A DNA stretch of 64,000 nucleotides, taken from assembly GCA_965248695.1 (NCBI GenBank), contig CBDFKD010000002.1, positions 4,384,001 to 4,448,000 on the forward strand, given 5' to 3'. The stretch comes from Acidobacteriota bacterium (GTDB lineage: Bacteria; Acidobacteriota; UBA890; WLXD01). Below, one piece after another: positions 1-9,871 of the stretch. The position numbers and the translations under genes are program-made. The notes beneath the pieces are model-generated. The model saw only the letters and a list, made by a program, of their open reading frames with translations, was not told the DNA's origin and searched no databases. Numbering within the stretch: the stretch's first letter is position 1; each line of letters starts with the position of its first letter.

Positions 1-1137
1 CCGTGGACGCTGCTGGGGTACGCCGGAGCCGCCAGCTTGCCGGTGGCGCAGGTTGCCGATCTCGCCGGTGTGTTCGGGCTTTCCTTCATCGTCATGTTGA
101 GCAACGGCGCTGTCGCCGCGGCCGCCCGCGGGCGTCCCGGCTGGCGAGCATCAGTCGGGATCGCCGCAGTGACGGTGGCTGCGACCCTCGTCTACGGGTA
201 CGGCCGGTTGGCCAGCGACGCGACGGCCGACAGCGGCGCCGCTCTGGCGGTCGGACTCGTGCAGGGCAACGTGTCGCAGGAGATCAAATGGGAGCCGGCG
301 CTCAAGGAACGCACGCTGAATCGCCATCTGGCGCTGTCTGAGGACGGCGCTCGGCAGGGTGCCCGCTTGGTGGTCTGGCCGGAAAGCAGCTGGCCGGATC
401 CGTACGGGGTCGAGCGCGACGCGCAGGCGGCGGAGTTGCTGACCGACGTGGCGCGACGCACCGGTGCGGCGCTCGTGGTGGGTACGGTTCACGTCGAGAA
501 CAGCGCCGACGGATACACAGTCGCCAACGCCGCCGTCGTCGTGGACGGTGATGGTAGCTGGGCCGGCCGCTACGAGAAGTCGCACCTGGTGCCGTTCGGC
601 GAGTACCTACCGCTGCAGGGCGTGCTCCGCTTCCTGGGACCACTGGTCGAGGCCGTAGGAGCCATGCGACCGGGTGATCCAGCACAGCCGTTGCTCTCAG
701 CTCCGCACGTCGGCGTACCGCCTTTCGGGCTGGCGATTTGCTACGAGATCATCTTTCCTAGCCTGGTCAGGCAGCAGGTTCGATCCGGGGCGCAGTTCCT
801 GATCACGATCACCAACGACGGCTGGTACGGCACCAGCAGCGGCCCGTACCAGCACTTCGAAATGGCGCGCTTGCGGGCCATCGAGAATCGTCGTTGGTTG
901 GTGCGCGCCGCCAACACCGGGATCAGCGGCGTGGTGGATCCCTGGGGTCGTGTCACGCAGCGCACGGAACTGGAAACAGAGGCCGTCGTCGTCGGCGAGG
1001 TGCGCCCCCGCGATGGTCTGACGCTCTACGCGCGCACCGGCGACGCCTTCGCGATCGCTTGTGCGTTGCTGGCGGCAGTCTGTGTCGCCGGCGTCCTCTG
1101 GCCGCGATTCGCTTTCGTATACGGACCGCCGTCCTGA
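1..1137 (+). CDS. lnt: Apolipoprotein N-acyltransferase (5' end outside window)
   Basis: Frame open from base 1 (PWTLLGY...); motifs VQGNV, VVWPES, YEKSHLVPFGEY, ICYEIIF, TNDGWYG, RAANTGIS (E-K-C nitrilase triad). Confidence 0.95.
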   Translation, partial: PWTLLGYAGAASLPVAQVADLAGVFGLSFIVMLSNGAVAAAARGRPGWRASVGIAAVTVAATLVYGYGRLASDATADSGAALAVGLVQGNVSQEIKWEPALKERTLNRHLALSEDGARQGARLVVWPESSWPDPYGVERDAQAAELLTDVARRTGAALVVGTVHVENSADGYTVANAAVVVDGDGSWAGRYEKSHLVPFGEYLPLQGVLRFLGPLVEAVGAMRPGDPAQPLLSAPHVGVPPFGLAICYEIIFPSLVRQQVRSGAQFLITITNDGWYGTSSGPYQHFEMARLRAIENRRWLVRAANTGISGVVDPWGRVTQRTELETEAVVVGEVRPRDGLTLYARTGDAFAIACALLAAVCVAGVLWPRFAFVYGPPS

Positions 1138-1201
1138 AGTACGCGGAGAGAGGATTCGGGATAACCTCGCCGACGCCGATCGACACCATGAGGACGACAG
1201 C

Positions 1202-2315
1202 ATGATTGAGGAACCCCGACGCGCGCTCGACGAGCTGCGATCGCGATACCAGTCGCTGGGAGGTCATCTTTGACCCTTGCGGGGCTAGGGATCGGCTAGG
1301 CGAGATCGAGGCGCTGATGGCCGCGCCGGCGTTCTGGGATAACGGCGGCGACCAGCGACTGGTCCGGGAGCGTAGCGATCTGCAAGCGCGTATCGAGCTC
1401 GATGCGGCGCTCAGCGAGCAGATCGATGAGGCCGAGGCGTTCCTGGAGCTTGCCGAAGAGGGGGAGAAGGAGGCCGTAGCCGAAGCCGAGGGAGCGCTCG
1501 GCGTGCTGCGAAGACGCCTCGATGCCTACGAAGTGCAGCTACTCCTCGGCGACCCCGACGACGTGCGGCCAGCGCTGGTGGACATTCATCCGGGCGCTGG
1601 AGGTACCGAGTCGCAAGATTGGGCGGCCATGATCCTGCGCATGTTGCAGCGCTGGGCGGAGGCCGGTGGCTACAAGGTCGAGATGATCGACGAGCAGCCC
1701 GGCGAGGAAGCGGGGCTCAAGAGCGCGACTCTGCGCGTGGAGGGGCCGTACGCGTTCGGATATCTGAAGGGTGAGACGGGCGTGCACCGCCTGGTGCGTA
1801 TCTCGCCCTACGATGCGGCTAGCCGCCGCCATACGTCGTTCGCCTCGGTTGCGGTTGCTCCGGAGATCGACGATAACATCGAGATCGAGCTCGAAGACAA
1901 GGACCTTCGCATCGACACCTACCGCGCCAGCGGAGCTGGTGGGCAACACGTGAACGTGACCGACTCTGCCGTTCGCGTTACCCATGTCCCTACCGGTCTC
2001 GTGGCGCAGAGTCAGGCGGAGCGTTCGCAGCACCGCAACAAGGCAATGGCGCTCAAGGTCTTGCGCGCCCGCCTGTACGAGCGCCAGCGTCAGCTCCGCG
2101 AGGCCGAGGTCGCCGAGAAGCAAGGCGAGAAGATGGAGGTCGGATTCGGTTCACAAATCCGCTCCTACGTGCTGCATCCCTATCAGATGGCCAAGGACCA
2201 TCGCACCAACGTGGAAAAAGGGAACGTCGACGCGGTTCTCGACGGTGATCTGCAGCCGTTCATGGACGGCTTCCTGAAGTGGCGCGCTGGCGGTACCGGC
2301 AACGAGTCCTGCTAG
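1202..2315 (+). CDS. prfB: Peptide chain release factor 2, expressed via programmed +1 frameshift
   Basis: ORF1 1202-1273 (MIEEPRRALDELRSRYQSLGGHL*) joins the +1 frame at CTT TGA C (1268-1274). Downstream frame has GGTES, SPY (RF2 SPF-type motif), GAGGQHVN and QIRSYVLHPY. Confidence 0.96.
1258..1274 (+). promoter_or_regulatory. prfB +1 frameshift site (internal SD GGGAGG plus CTT TGA C)
   Basis: GGGAGG-TCAT-CTT-TGA-C matches the conserved RF2 autoregulatory cassette. Confidence 0.95.
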
Positions 2316-2333
2316 CGCCGCGGAGATTGGCGG

Positions 2334-4727
2334 TCAGGAGCCAGTGGTGTCGAGGCGGCCATCCTTGACGAAGTAGGCCTGTTGATATGCCTCGAGGTTG
2401 AGGATGGCGCGCTCCGCCGGGCCGCAGGCACGAGTCGGCGCGGTGCCGGCGATGTAGGCGAGCTCGACGGCCTCTTTGCAATACGGGCTGTACAGGAGCC
2501 CGGTGAACGCGTCCACGGTGCGCAGCTCGATGTTGCCCGGCTGCGGTAGCTGCGCCGGGCCGTTTCCCGTCTCGGCCGCTCGCATCACCTCGATCCAGAT
2601 TGGCAACGCCGAGTTCGAGCCGGTGGCGTATCGGTGAATGCGCTCCTTCTTATCGTGGCCGAGCCACACGCCGACGGTGTGGTTGGGGGAGAAGCCGACG
2701 TACCAGACGTCGGTACGGTCGTCCGTCGTGCCGGATTTGCCGCCCAGCATCTGTTCCAGCTCCTGTCCCAGCGCTCTGGCGCGCACTCCCGTGCCCCGCT
2801 GGATGCCCGCTACCAGCATGCGCGCCATCACATAGGCCTCGTCGGCGTTCATCACCGAACGAGCTGACTGCTGCGTCTTCTCGAGCAGCTTGCCCCGGCG
2901 GTCGTACACCGTACGGACCAGATGAGGCTCGACCAGGACGCCCATGTTGGGGAATACCGTGTAGGCGCGCACGATCTCCCACACCGAGATGTCCATGACG
3001 CCGAGGCCGAGCGACAGGTAGGGTCCGAACGGCGCGGTAAGGCCGAACTTGCGCGCCATATCGATGACGTTCTCGACGCCGATCTTTTGCTGCAACATGA
3101 CCGTGGGCACGTTGCGGGACTTGCCGATCGCCTCGGCCATCGAGGTGACGCCGATGTACTCGTTGTTGAAGTTCGCCGGCGAGTACGGCTGGCGCGTCGT
3201 CGGGTCACGGAAGGTAGTTGGCTGATCGACGAACAGGAACGACGGCGAGAGCCCTTGGGTCACCGCGGTTGAATAAACGAACGGCTTGAAGATCGAACCC
3301 GTCTGTCGGACCGCCTGGGTGGCGCGGTTGAACTCCGAGTCATCGAAGACCCGCCCGCCGCTCATGGCGCGAACCTCACCGCTGTCGTTCTCGACCACCA
3401 GCACCGCTCCCTGCAGCTCCGGTATCTGGCCGAGCTCGACCTCCCAGGTTCCGTCCTCGGCCCGCGACTCGAGGAAGACGTCGATCAGATCCCCGGCCCG
3501 GACTAACCTCTCCATCCTTGTGCGGTTGGTCCACTCGGCGTCTTCGGGGCTGATCTCTACCAGTATCTCGCCGATCCGTGCTCGCACGGTCTGCGGCCGT
3601 ACTTGCACGACGACGGCAGGGACGAAATCTCCGGGCTCCATCGGCGATCGCCAGCGAGGATCCTCGTAGGCTGCGGCATCAATGCCCTCGTCCGTCAGGT
3701 TGCGCTGGTTGCCATGCCAGCCAGACCGCTTGTCGACATCTCGGATGCCCTTGTCGAGAGCAGCCTCTGCGGCGCGCTGGAGCCGCCGATCGAGCGTCGT
3801 CTGGACTCGCAGACCGGAACGGTAGATGCCTTCCATACCGTAAGTCTGGATGAGTGTCTTGCGGATCTCTTCGGTGAAGTAGTCGCCGAGCTCGTTGGTG
3901 GAGACGTCTTCCGCCACCGCTAGAGGTGCCGCCTTCGCGTCGGCGTTCTCCGCGGCGCTGATGAAGCCCTCGTCGAGCATCCGGTCGAGCACGACATTGC
4001 GCTTGGCGACCGCATTTTCTGGATGCAGGTCGGGACGATAGCTCGATGGCCGCTGGATCATCCCGGCGAGCAACGCCGCCTCCGGCAACGTAACGTCCGA
4101 GATCGGCTTGCCGAAGTAGAACTTCGCCGCCGCCTGGAAGCCATATGCGCTGCTTCCCATGAAGATCTGGTTCGCGTAGATGCTGAAGATCTGCTCTTTG
4201 GTGTAGTGGCGCTCGATCTGGATCGCATAGATCGCTTCGCGGATCTTGCGCTCGAGGGTCTTGTCGCGCGGAAGCCAGTTGTCGCCGCCGAGGTAGCGAT
4301 CGAGGTTTCTTGGCACCTGCATGGTGATTGTGCTGAAGCCTTCGCAGAAGTAGCCACAGCGCAGGTCGGCGAACAACGAGCGCAATACTGCCTGCGGGTC
4401 GATACCCACGTGGCTGAAGAATCGCGCATCTTCGGCCGCGACTACCGCCTGCACCATGAAGGGGGAGATCTCGTCGAAGCTCACCACTTCACGACGTTGT
4501 TGGAGCCACTCGGCGTACTGCATCCCGTCGCGGTCGTAGATACGAGTGACCAGGCTCGGCTCGTAGACACGAAGCGCATCTACGATCGCAGCATCCGGTA
4601 CATAGGCGATCACGAAACCCGCGGCGAGCCCGCTGATCACTGCCGCGAGGGGCAGGATGGCGAGGACGGGGTGCCGAAGGATCGGCCCCGCGGTGCGGGC
4701 AGCAACGGTGAGAAGGCGGTCAATCAT
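2334..4727 (-). CDS. mrcA: Class A penicillin-binding protein (PBP1A family)
   Basis: N-terminal TM; glycosyltransferase motifs EDARFFSHVGID, STITMQ, RKIRE; transpeptidase SIFK, SRN, KSG. Start placed at ATG 4727. Confidence 0.9.
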   Translation of the reverse strand: MIDRLLTVAARTAGPILRHPVLAILPLAAVISGLAAGFVIAYVPDAAIVDALRVYEPSLVTRIYDRDGMQYAEWLQQRREVVSFDEISPFMVQAVVAAEDARFFSHVGIDPQAVLRSLFADLRCGYFCEGFSTITMQVPRNLDRYLGGDNWLPRDKTLERKIREAIYAIQIERHYTKEQIFSIYANQIFMGSSAYGFQAAAKFYFGKPISDVTLPEAALLAGMIQRPSSYRPDLHPENAVAKRNVVLDRMLDEGFISAAENADAKAAPLAVAEDVSTNELGDYFTEEIRKTLIQTYGMEGIYRSGLRVQTTLDRRLQRAAEAALDKGIRDVDKRSGWHGNQRNLTDEGIDAAAYEDPRWRSPMEPGDFVPAVVVQVRPQTVRARIGEILVEISPEDAEWTNRTRMERLVRAGDLIDVFLESRAEDGTWEVELGQIPELQGAVLVVENDSGEVRAMSGGRVFDDSEFNRATQAVRQTGSIFKPFVYSTAVTQGLSPSFLFVDQPTTFRDPTTRQPYSPANFNNEYIGVTSMAEAIGKSRNVPTVMLQQKIGVENVIDMARKFGLTAPFGPYLSLGLGVMDISVWEIVRAYTVFPNMGVLVEPHLVRTVYDRRGKLLEKTQQSARSVMNADEAYVMARMLVAGIQRGTGVRARALGQELEQMLGGKSGTTDDRTDVWYVGFSPNHTVGVWLGHDKKERIHRYATGSNSALPIWIEVMRAAETGNGPAQLPQPGNIELRTVDAFTGLLYSPYCKEAVELAYIAGTAPTRACGPAERAILNLEAYQQAYFVKDGRLDTTGS

Positions 4728-4847
4728 ACGGCTGACGGGGCTTTGAGGAGCGTTCCGGAATGCGGATCCCACTCACCTGAATGGTAGCATGGGCGAGCCT
4801 GCGGTCGTTGGGTGAGGGGGCTCCGACAGGCCCTTGTGGCAAGAGGC

Positions 4848-4876
4848 TTGACGGGCCGGGCGGGGAGTTGTTTCAT
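4848..4876 (+). promoter_or_regulatory. Putative sigma-70 promoter of the hrcA operon
   Basis: TTGACG (4848-4853), 17-bp spacer, TTTCAT (4871-4876), directly upstream of the CIRCE. Confidence 0.5.
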
Positions 4877-4880
4877 TGAG

Positions 4881-4907
4881 TTAGCAGTCTGATCGAGAGA
4901 GTGCTAA
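4881..4907 (+). promoter_or_regulatory. CIRCE element (HrcA operator)
   Basis: TTAGCAGTC-N9-GAGTGCTAA, one mismatch to TTAGCACTC-N9-GAGTGCTAA, about 90 bp upstream of hrcA. Confidence 0.93.
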
Positions 4908-4996
4908 GACCCCGTCGCGCCGGCTGTCGAGCGGGGTCTCGTGCTTTTCCGGTACCATGGCGCTGATGCCATGGTGGGGTAACGAGTGGGGATGGC

Positions 4997-6040
4997 ATGC
5001 CGGCTTCCAAGCTGACAGCGCGTAGCGCGGCGGTTCTTGACGCAATCGTCGAACGCCACATCGCCACCGGCGGTCCGGTGGGTTCGACGGCGATTGCTGA
5101 GCAGCTTCCCGAGGCCTTGTCTCCCGCAACCATCCGCAACGTGATGGCGGAGCTCGAGCGGCTCGGACTGCTCGAGCAGCCGCACACGTCCGCTGGGCGG
5201 ACGCCCACACGGGTCGGCTATACGTTGTACGTCGGTGGCCTCATGGCGGCGGGCCGAGTCGACGGCCTCGACCCCGGTAGCTTGCGCGAACGTCTGGAGA
5301 CGGATCCGATCGAGGTCCGCGAGCTGCTACGGCGTACGTGCCACCTGCTCGCCGAGCTTTCCGAGCTCGTCGGAGTCGTTTCCGGCCCGGCCCTGGCAGA
5401 CACGGTTTTTCAACATATCGATTTCGTCGCCCTCGAGGGCAAGCGCGTGCTTGCCATGGTGGTAGCGCGAAGCGGTCAGGTGAAGAACCGGATCGTGGGT
5501 CTGGATCAGCACATGACCCAGGATCAGCTCGATCGCTCAGCGGCCTACTTGGTTCGGCGTTTTGCAGGACGCAGTCTGCGACAGGTCTCTGCCCGTGTAC
5601 GGGAGATGCTCATTGAGGCGGATCAGCATCTCGATCGCTGCGAGTCCCGCGCAATCCGACTCGGAGCCAGCTCGTTGACGCCGGATCTCGATGAGGCCGA
5701 GGTCATGGTGGAAGGGGCGGCAAGCCTGCTCGGACAGCCGGATTTCGATGGCGATTCGAGCCTGCAGGCGATGATCGAGACGCTCGAGGAACGCCGCGAG
5801 CTGCGCGGCGCGATGGTGAGCACCGGCGACCAGCAACCACGGATCTTCATCGGAGCTGCGCCTCTGCCGGCGGCGCTGGGAAGCTGCTCGATGGTGGCCG
5901 CGACGTACTGGTCGGGCGGTCACGCGCTGGGCTCGCTGGCAGTGTTGGGCCCGACGCGGCTCGACTACGTTCGCACAATCGCCCTGGTCGATGCGATGGC
6001 GCAAGCGACCTCGGACGTGTTGGGGCGAGTCACGCTCTGA
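4997..6040 (+). CDS. hrcA: Heat-inducible transcription repressor HrcA
   Basis: PVGS...SPATIRNVMAELERLGLLEQPHTSAGRTPT and VLGPTRLDY; CIRCE upstream. Confidence 0.95.
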   Translation: MPASKLTARSAAVLDAIVERHIATGGPVGSTAIAEQLPEALSPATIRNVMAELERLGLLEQPHTSAGRTPTRVGYTLYVGGLMAAGRVDGLDPGSLRERLETDPIEVRELLRRTCHLLAELSELVGVVSGPALADTVFQHIDFVALEGKRVLAMVVARSGQVKNRIVGLDQHMTQDQLDRSAAYLVRRFAGRSLRQVSARVREMLIEADQHLDRCESRAIRLGASSLTPDLDEAEVMVEGAASLLGQPDFDGDSSLQAMIETLEERRELRGAMVSTGDQQPRIFIGAAPLPAALGSCSMVAATYWSGGHALGSLAVLGPTRLDYVRTIALVDAMAQATSDVLGRVTL

Positions 6041-6082
6041 CTCCAGCCGCGATCGCTCGTGCCGCGGTTGTGAGGGTTACCG

Positions 6083-6703
6083 ATGACGGATAGCAAGCGC
6101 AGCATCCTGGAAGCCAAGTGGGCAGCTGCGGCAGCCGAAGCCGGTGCCGATGCGGTTGGCGATGCCGATGCGGCCGACGAGGCGAGCGAGGAAGCCGACG
6201 CGGCTGCTGTTGCCGAAGGGGATCTGGTCGAGGCCGGGGAGCCGCAGCCGCTCGAACAAGAGGTCGCCTCGCTCCGAGACCAGCTGCTTCGACAGCAGGC
6301 CGAGATGGCCAACTTTCGTCGCCGGACGCAGCAGGAGGGCGGGGAACGCGCTGAAGGAGGCCGAATCGAGGTGATCCAGCGGTTGCTACCGGTGCTGGAT
6401 GACTTCGAGCGTGCCATCGACGCGGATCCGGAAGCCGAGGGCTACCGCGAGGGCGTGGAGCTGATTCTCAAGTCGCTGCGTGATCTGCTGGCAAGCTTCG
6501 GGGTCACGCGGCTCGACCCGCAGGGCGAGGAGTTCGATCCGACGCAACATGACGCCATGCAGCAGCTGCCAACCGACGAGGTAGCCGCCGGCCGCGTGGC
6601 CAGCGTTTACAAGCCCGGGTATCGGGTGGGGGAGCGCCTGTTGCGGCCAGCAATGGTGGCCGTGGCGCGTGAGCTGGCAGGTGACGCGGACGAGGATCCC
6701 TGA
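6083..6703 (+). CDS. grpE: Nucleotide exchange factor GrpE
   Basis: AEMANFRRR, LLPVLDDFERA, FDPTQHDAM, GYRVGERLLRPAMVAV. Confidence 0.95.
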   Translation: MTDSKRSILEAKWAAAAAEAGADAVGDADAADEASEEADAAAVAEGDLVEAGEPQPLEQEVASLRDQLLRQQAEMANFRRRTQQEGGERAEGGRIEVIQRLLPVLDDFERAIDADPEAEGYREGVELILKSLRDLLASFGVTRLDPQGEEFDPTQHDAMQQLPTDEVAAGRVASVYKPGYRVGERLLRPAMVAVARELAGDADEDP

Positions 6704-6705
6704 GG

Positions 6706-7821
6706 ATGGCGCCTGACTACTACGAGGTGCTCGGCGTCGGCCGCGATGCGTCAGCCGAGGAGATCAAGAAGGCCTATCGCCACGCCGCCATGGCGAACCA
6801 TCCCGACCGCAATCCGGATGATCCGGCAGCCGAGGAACGCTTCAAGGACGCTGCAGAGGCCTACGCCGTGGTGGGTGACGCCGAGAAGCGGGCTCGCTAC
6901 GACCGTTTCGGCAACGCTGCGTTCAGTGGCGGGTCTCCCGATTTCGGATCGGATGTTTTCGCCGACTTCGGCGACATACTGGGCGGCCTCTTCGGCTTCG
7001 ATACGGGTTTCGGACGAGCGCGGCGGGGTGGCCCGGCACGCGGTTCCAGCCTTCAGTATCGGCTGCAGATCGACCTCGAGCAGGCAGGCTCAGGCGACGA
7101 GATAGAGATTCGCGTACCCCGCCGACGTGGATGCGGGGCCTGCGGCGGCAGCGGATCGGCGTCGGGGACCGGTCGCCACCCCTGCGTCGCCTGTGGTGGC
7201 GTCGGCCAGGTACAGCAGCGGCACGGGTTCCTAACCATGGCGCGGCCGTGCGGCCGCTGTGGGGGAAGTGGCACGATCATCGACGATCCCTGTCCGACGT
7301 GTCGCGGCGAGGGACGTGCTCAGGAGACCACCACGCTGAAGGTAAAGGTGCCGCCCGGCGTCGACACCGGCATGCGACTCCTGCTGCGCGACGAAGGCGA
7401 GAGCGGCGTCAACGGCGGCCCGCCGGGCGACCTCCAGATTCTGATCGAGGTCCGTGATCACGAGCGCTTCGTCCGCCGGGGCCAGGACCTCTACACGCGG
7501 GCGCCGGCCAGCTTTGCGCGGCTGGCCCTTGGCGGGGAGCTCGAGATCGCGACCCTGGGCGGGCAGTCGGCGACGTTGCAGGTACCGTCCGGCACACAAT
7601 CGGGAGAGGTCTTGGAGCTGCGCGGGCACGGTCTACCGTCGGTCAACGGCGGTCGACCCGGTGATCTCCGCGTCTCGGTCCAAGCGGTGACACCACGCAA
7701 GCTCAGCGAGCGCGAGGAGCAGCTCCTGCGTGAGCTGGAGGAGCTGCGACCGGAGCCAGCGGAGCTCGACGGCGAGCGCTCCTGGTGGGACCGGCTGCGG
7801 GACACGCTCGGGCAACGATGA
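6706..7821 (+). CDS. dnaJ: Chaperone DnaJ
   Basis: J domain with HPD, G/F region, four CxxCxGxG zinc motifs. Confidence 0.95.
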   Translation: MAPDYYEVLGVGRDASAEEIKKAYRHAAMANHPDRNPDDPAAEERFKDAAEAYAVVGDAEKRARYDRFGNAAFSGGSPDFGSDVFADFGDILGGLFGFDTGFGRARRGGPARGSSLQYRLQIDLEQAGSGDEIEIRVPRRRGCGACGGSGSASGTGRHPCVACGGVGQVQQRHGFLTMARPCGRCGGSGTIIDDPCPTCRGEGRAQETTTLKVKVPPGVDTGMRLLLRDEGESGVNGGPPGDLQILIEVRDHERFVRRGQDLYTRAPASFARLALGGELEIATLGGQSATLQVPSGTQSGEVLELRGHGLPSVNGGRPGDLRVSVQAVTPRKLSEREEQLLRELEELRPEPAELDGERSWWDRLRDTLGQR

Positions 7822-8573
7822 AGAGCGTCCCTCGCGGGCGATTCAAGGTCAGTGCCGGCGCGCTGCACACCGACCAGGTCAGGATCGATGCCGAGGAGGC
7901 AAACCATGTTCGGGTAATGCGACTCGGCGTTGGCGATCGGGTGGTGCTTTTCGACGGGGCCGGACAGGAAGCGATCGCGGTGCTACAAACAGTAGACGCC
8001 GGAGGCTGCATCACGGCGCAGGTACAAGAGCGTCATACGCCGGCCACCGAATCGCCGCTCACGGTGTGGCTGATTCAGGCAGTGCCAACCAAGCTCGCGC
8101 GCATGGATCTGATCGTGCGGCAGTGCACCGAGCTCGGGCTGAGCCATCTGCTCCCGGTTGTAGCGGCGCGTAGCCAGGTGCCTGGTGGGGGAGTGGAGGT
8201 GATTGGCGAACGCCGCCAGCGCTGGGTGTGACTGGCGGAGGCGGCGGCCAAGCAGAGTTGCCGTGGTGTGGTGCCGAGCATCGGGCGTCCGGTGGCGCTA
8301 GGAGACGTTGATTGGACTTCGATCCCCCCTCTGAGGCTGCTGTGCGACCCGAGTGGGATGCGCGGGACGCTGGTGGAAACGCTCGACGGCCGCGCGCCCG
8401 CGAGCGTGGCGCTGTTGGTGGGTCCGGAGGGCGGCTGGGATGCCGAGGAGCGGGCGCTGGCGCAGGCGGTGAACGCCACCACGGTCGCGTTCGGTCCCCG
8501 TGTGCTGCGAGCCGACACTGCCGGCGCGGCGGCCCTGGCGGTGCTTCAGCACGCCTGGGGAGACCTCGGTTAG
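7818..8573 (+). pseudogene. rsmE: 16S rRNA m3U1498 methyltransferase RsmE with one in-frame TGA (8229-8231)
   Basis: ATGA overlap with dnaJ; HVRVMRL, QCTELG, then RWV*LAEAAAKQSCR and VGPEGG...FGPRVLRADTA, all in one frame. Confidence 0.85.
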
Positions 8574-8637
8574 GGTTCGCGTAGGATGCCGGTTCGACGC
8601 GACTGGCAGCGCCAGGCGCCGTTTCGTATCCCTGAGA

Positions 8638-9459
8638 TCAAAACGAGCGGTTGCGGATCCCCTTACGCATGTCCGCGCCTTGCATACGGATCACCGTGCA
8701 CATCTCGTGAAGGCGACTGCGCAACGGCCGGCCAATGCGGTCTTCCAGAGTTGCTGGGCCCTCGGGCGGTGATCGCCGCCCACGCTTGGGCAGCTGGGCC
8801 GATGTTGCTGCGCTTCGGGCAGCGGTGCCAGGGTCCATTGAGCCAAGCTCGTTTGTTGTAGGCGCATCGCCGAAATTCGTGGTGATCAGCGTCATGCGCT
8901 TGCGGTTGTACCGATCGTTGAGGATATGAGTGACGGTATCGAACACCCATGGGCTCGGGCGACGGGCTCCGAGATCGTCGAGCAACAGCACTTCGGCCTC
9001 GAGCAACGGGCGCAGCACCTGTAGCTCCGATGTTTCCGATACCGGGTTGTAGGACTCCTGGATATCACGCAGAAGGTCGCGGTAGTCGACGAATCGTCCG
9101 CTGATCGAGTGGCGGTCCAACAGTGCGCTCAATACACCGACAGCGAGGTGTGTCTTGCCAACGCCGGGCTCTCCGATGAACAACAAGCCGTATTCGAGGC
9201 TCGGGAATGCGTCGACGTATCGCTCACACGTCAGCTTGGCGCCTTCGATCGTCTGGTGCGCCCCCGGGCCTTCTGCGTTGAAAGTGTCGAGACGACAATG
9301 CTCGTAGCGGCGTGGGATGCGCGCGTGGGCTACTCGCCGAGTCTGGCGGGCCTGCAGGTGGCACGGGCAACGTCGAACCGATCGGTCGTCCGGCTCCGAG
9401 GCGGTGACCCACCCGGTGCCGCCGCAGTCGCTGCAATCGTGCAGTCTAGGCGACGCCAC
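8638..9459 (-). CDS. DnaC/DnaI/IstB-like AAA+ ATPase with N-terminal zinc motif
   Basis: CSDCGGTGW...CPC, IPRRYEHC, Walker A GEPGVGKT, Walker B LLLDDLG, ITTN, RLHEMC. Confidence 0.85.
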   Translation of the reverse strand: MASPRLHDCSDCGGTGWVTASEPDDRSVRRCPCHLQARQTRRVAHARIPRRYEHCRLDTFNAEGPGAHQTIEGAKLTCERYVDAFPSLEYGLLFIGEPGVGKTHLAVGVLSALLDRHSISGRFVDYRDLLRDIQESYNPVSETSELQVLRPLLEAEVLLLDDLGARRPSPWVFDTVTHILNDRYNRKRMTLITTNFGDAPTTNELGSMDPGTAARSAATSAQLPKRGRRSPPEGPATLEDRIGRPLRSRLHEMCTVIRMQGADMRKGIRNRSF

Positions 9460-9461
9460 CG

Positions 9462-9869
9462 TCAGCTGTCCCCGGAACGGCGTGGGCGCCGCACCAGAGC
9501 GCCGCGCTCGATGCGCACCAGGGCCTGAACGAACTCCTTCGACAGCAGCTGGTCCTCACCTGCCAGCTCGTCGCGGACGAAGCACATCAGCTCCGCCACC
9601 TCGCTTTGCAATCGCTCCATGTTGCGGCGCATGTTGAGGATGACCTCTACTCCTGCAAGATTTACCCCGAGGTCGCGGGTCAGCGACAGAATGACTTCCA
9701 GCCGGCGGAGGTCGTCATCGTCGTACAGCCGCGTATTGCCGCGCGAGCGCGACGGGCGCAATAGGCCTTCGCGTTCATAAAGGCGTAGGGTCTGCGGATG
9801 GATCTCGTAGCGCTCCGCCACCGCGCTGATCATGTAGTTGCCCTTCTTACGCTTGGCGTCGGCGCTCAT
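9462..9869 (-). CDS. hspR: MerR-family heat-shock repressor HspR
   Basis: YMISAVAERYEIHPQTLRLYEREGLLRPSRSRGNTRLY...LTRDLGVNLAGVEVIL, downstream of dnaK-dnaJ. Confidence 0.9.
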   Translation of the reverse strand: MSADAKRKKGNYMISAVAERYEIHPQTLRLYEREGLLRPSRSRGNTRLYDDDDLRRLEVILSLTRDLGVNLAGVEVILNMRRNMERLQSEVAELMCFVRDELAGEDQLLSKEFVQALVRIERGALVRRPRRSGDS

Positions 9870-9871
9870 CC

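Noticed and set aside
8229-8290. Selenocysteine or genetic-code reassignment explaining the in-frame stops
   Set aside because: The rsmE TGA is at an Arg-type position, not a catalytic Cys, and I see no convincing SECIS. TGA and TAG both end many conserved genes in this window at their expected positions.
8638-9459. IS21 element based on the IstB-like ATPase
   Set aside because: No istA transposase or terminal repeats adjacent; the gene is tightly coupled to hspR.
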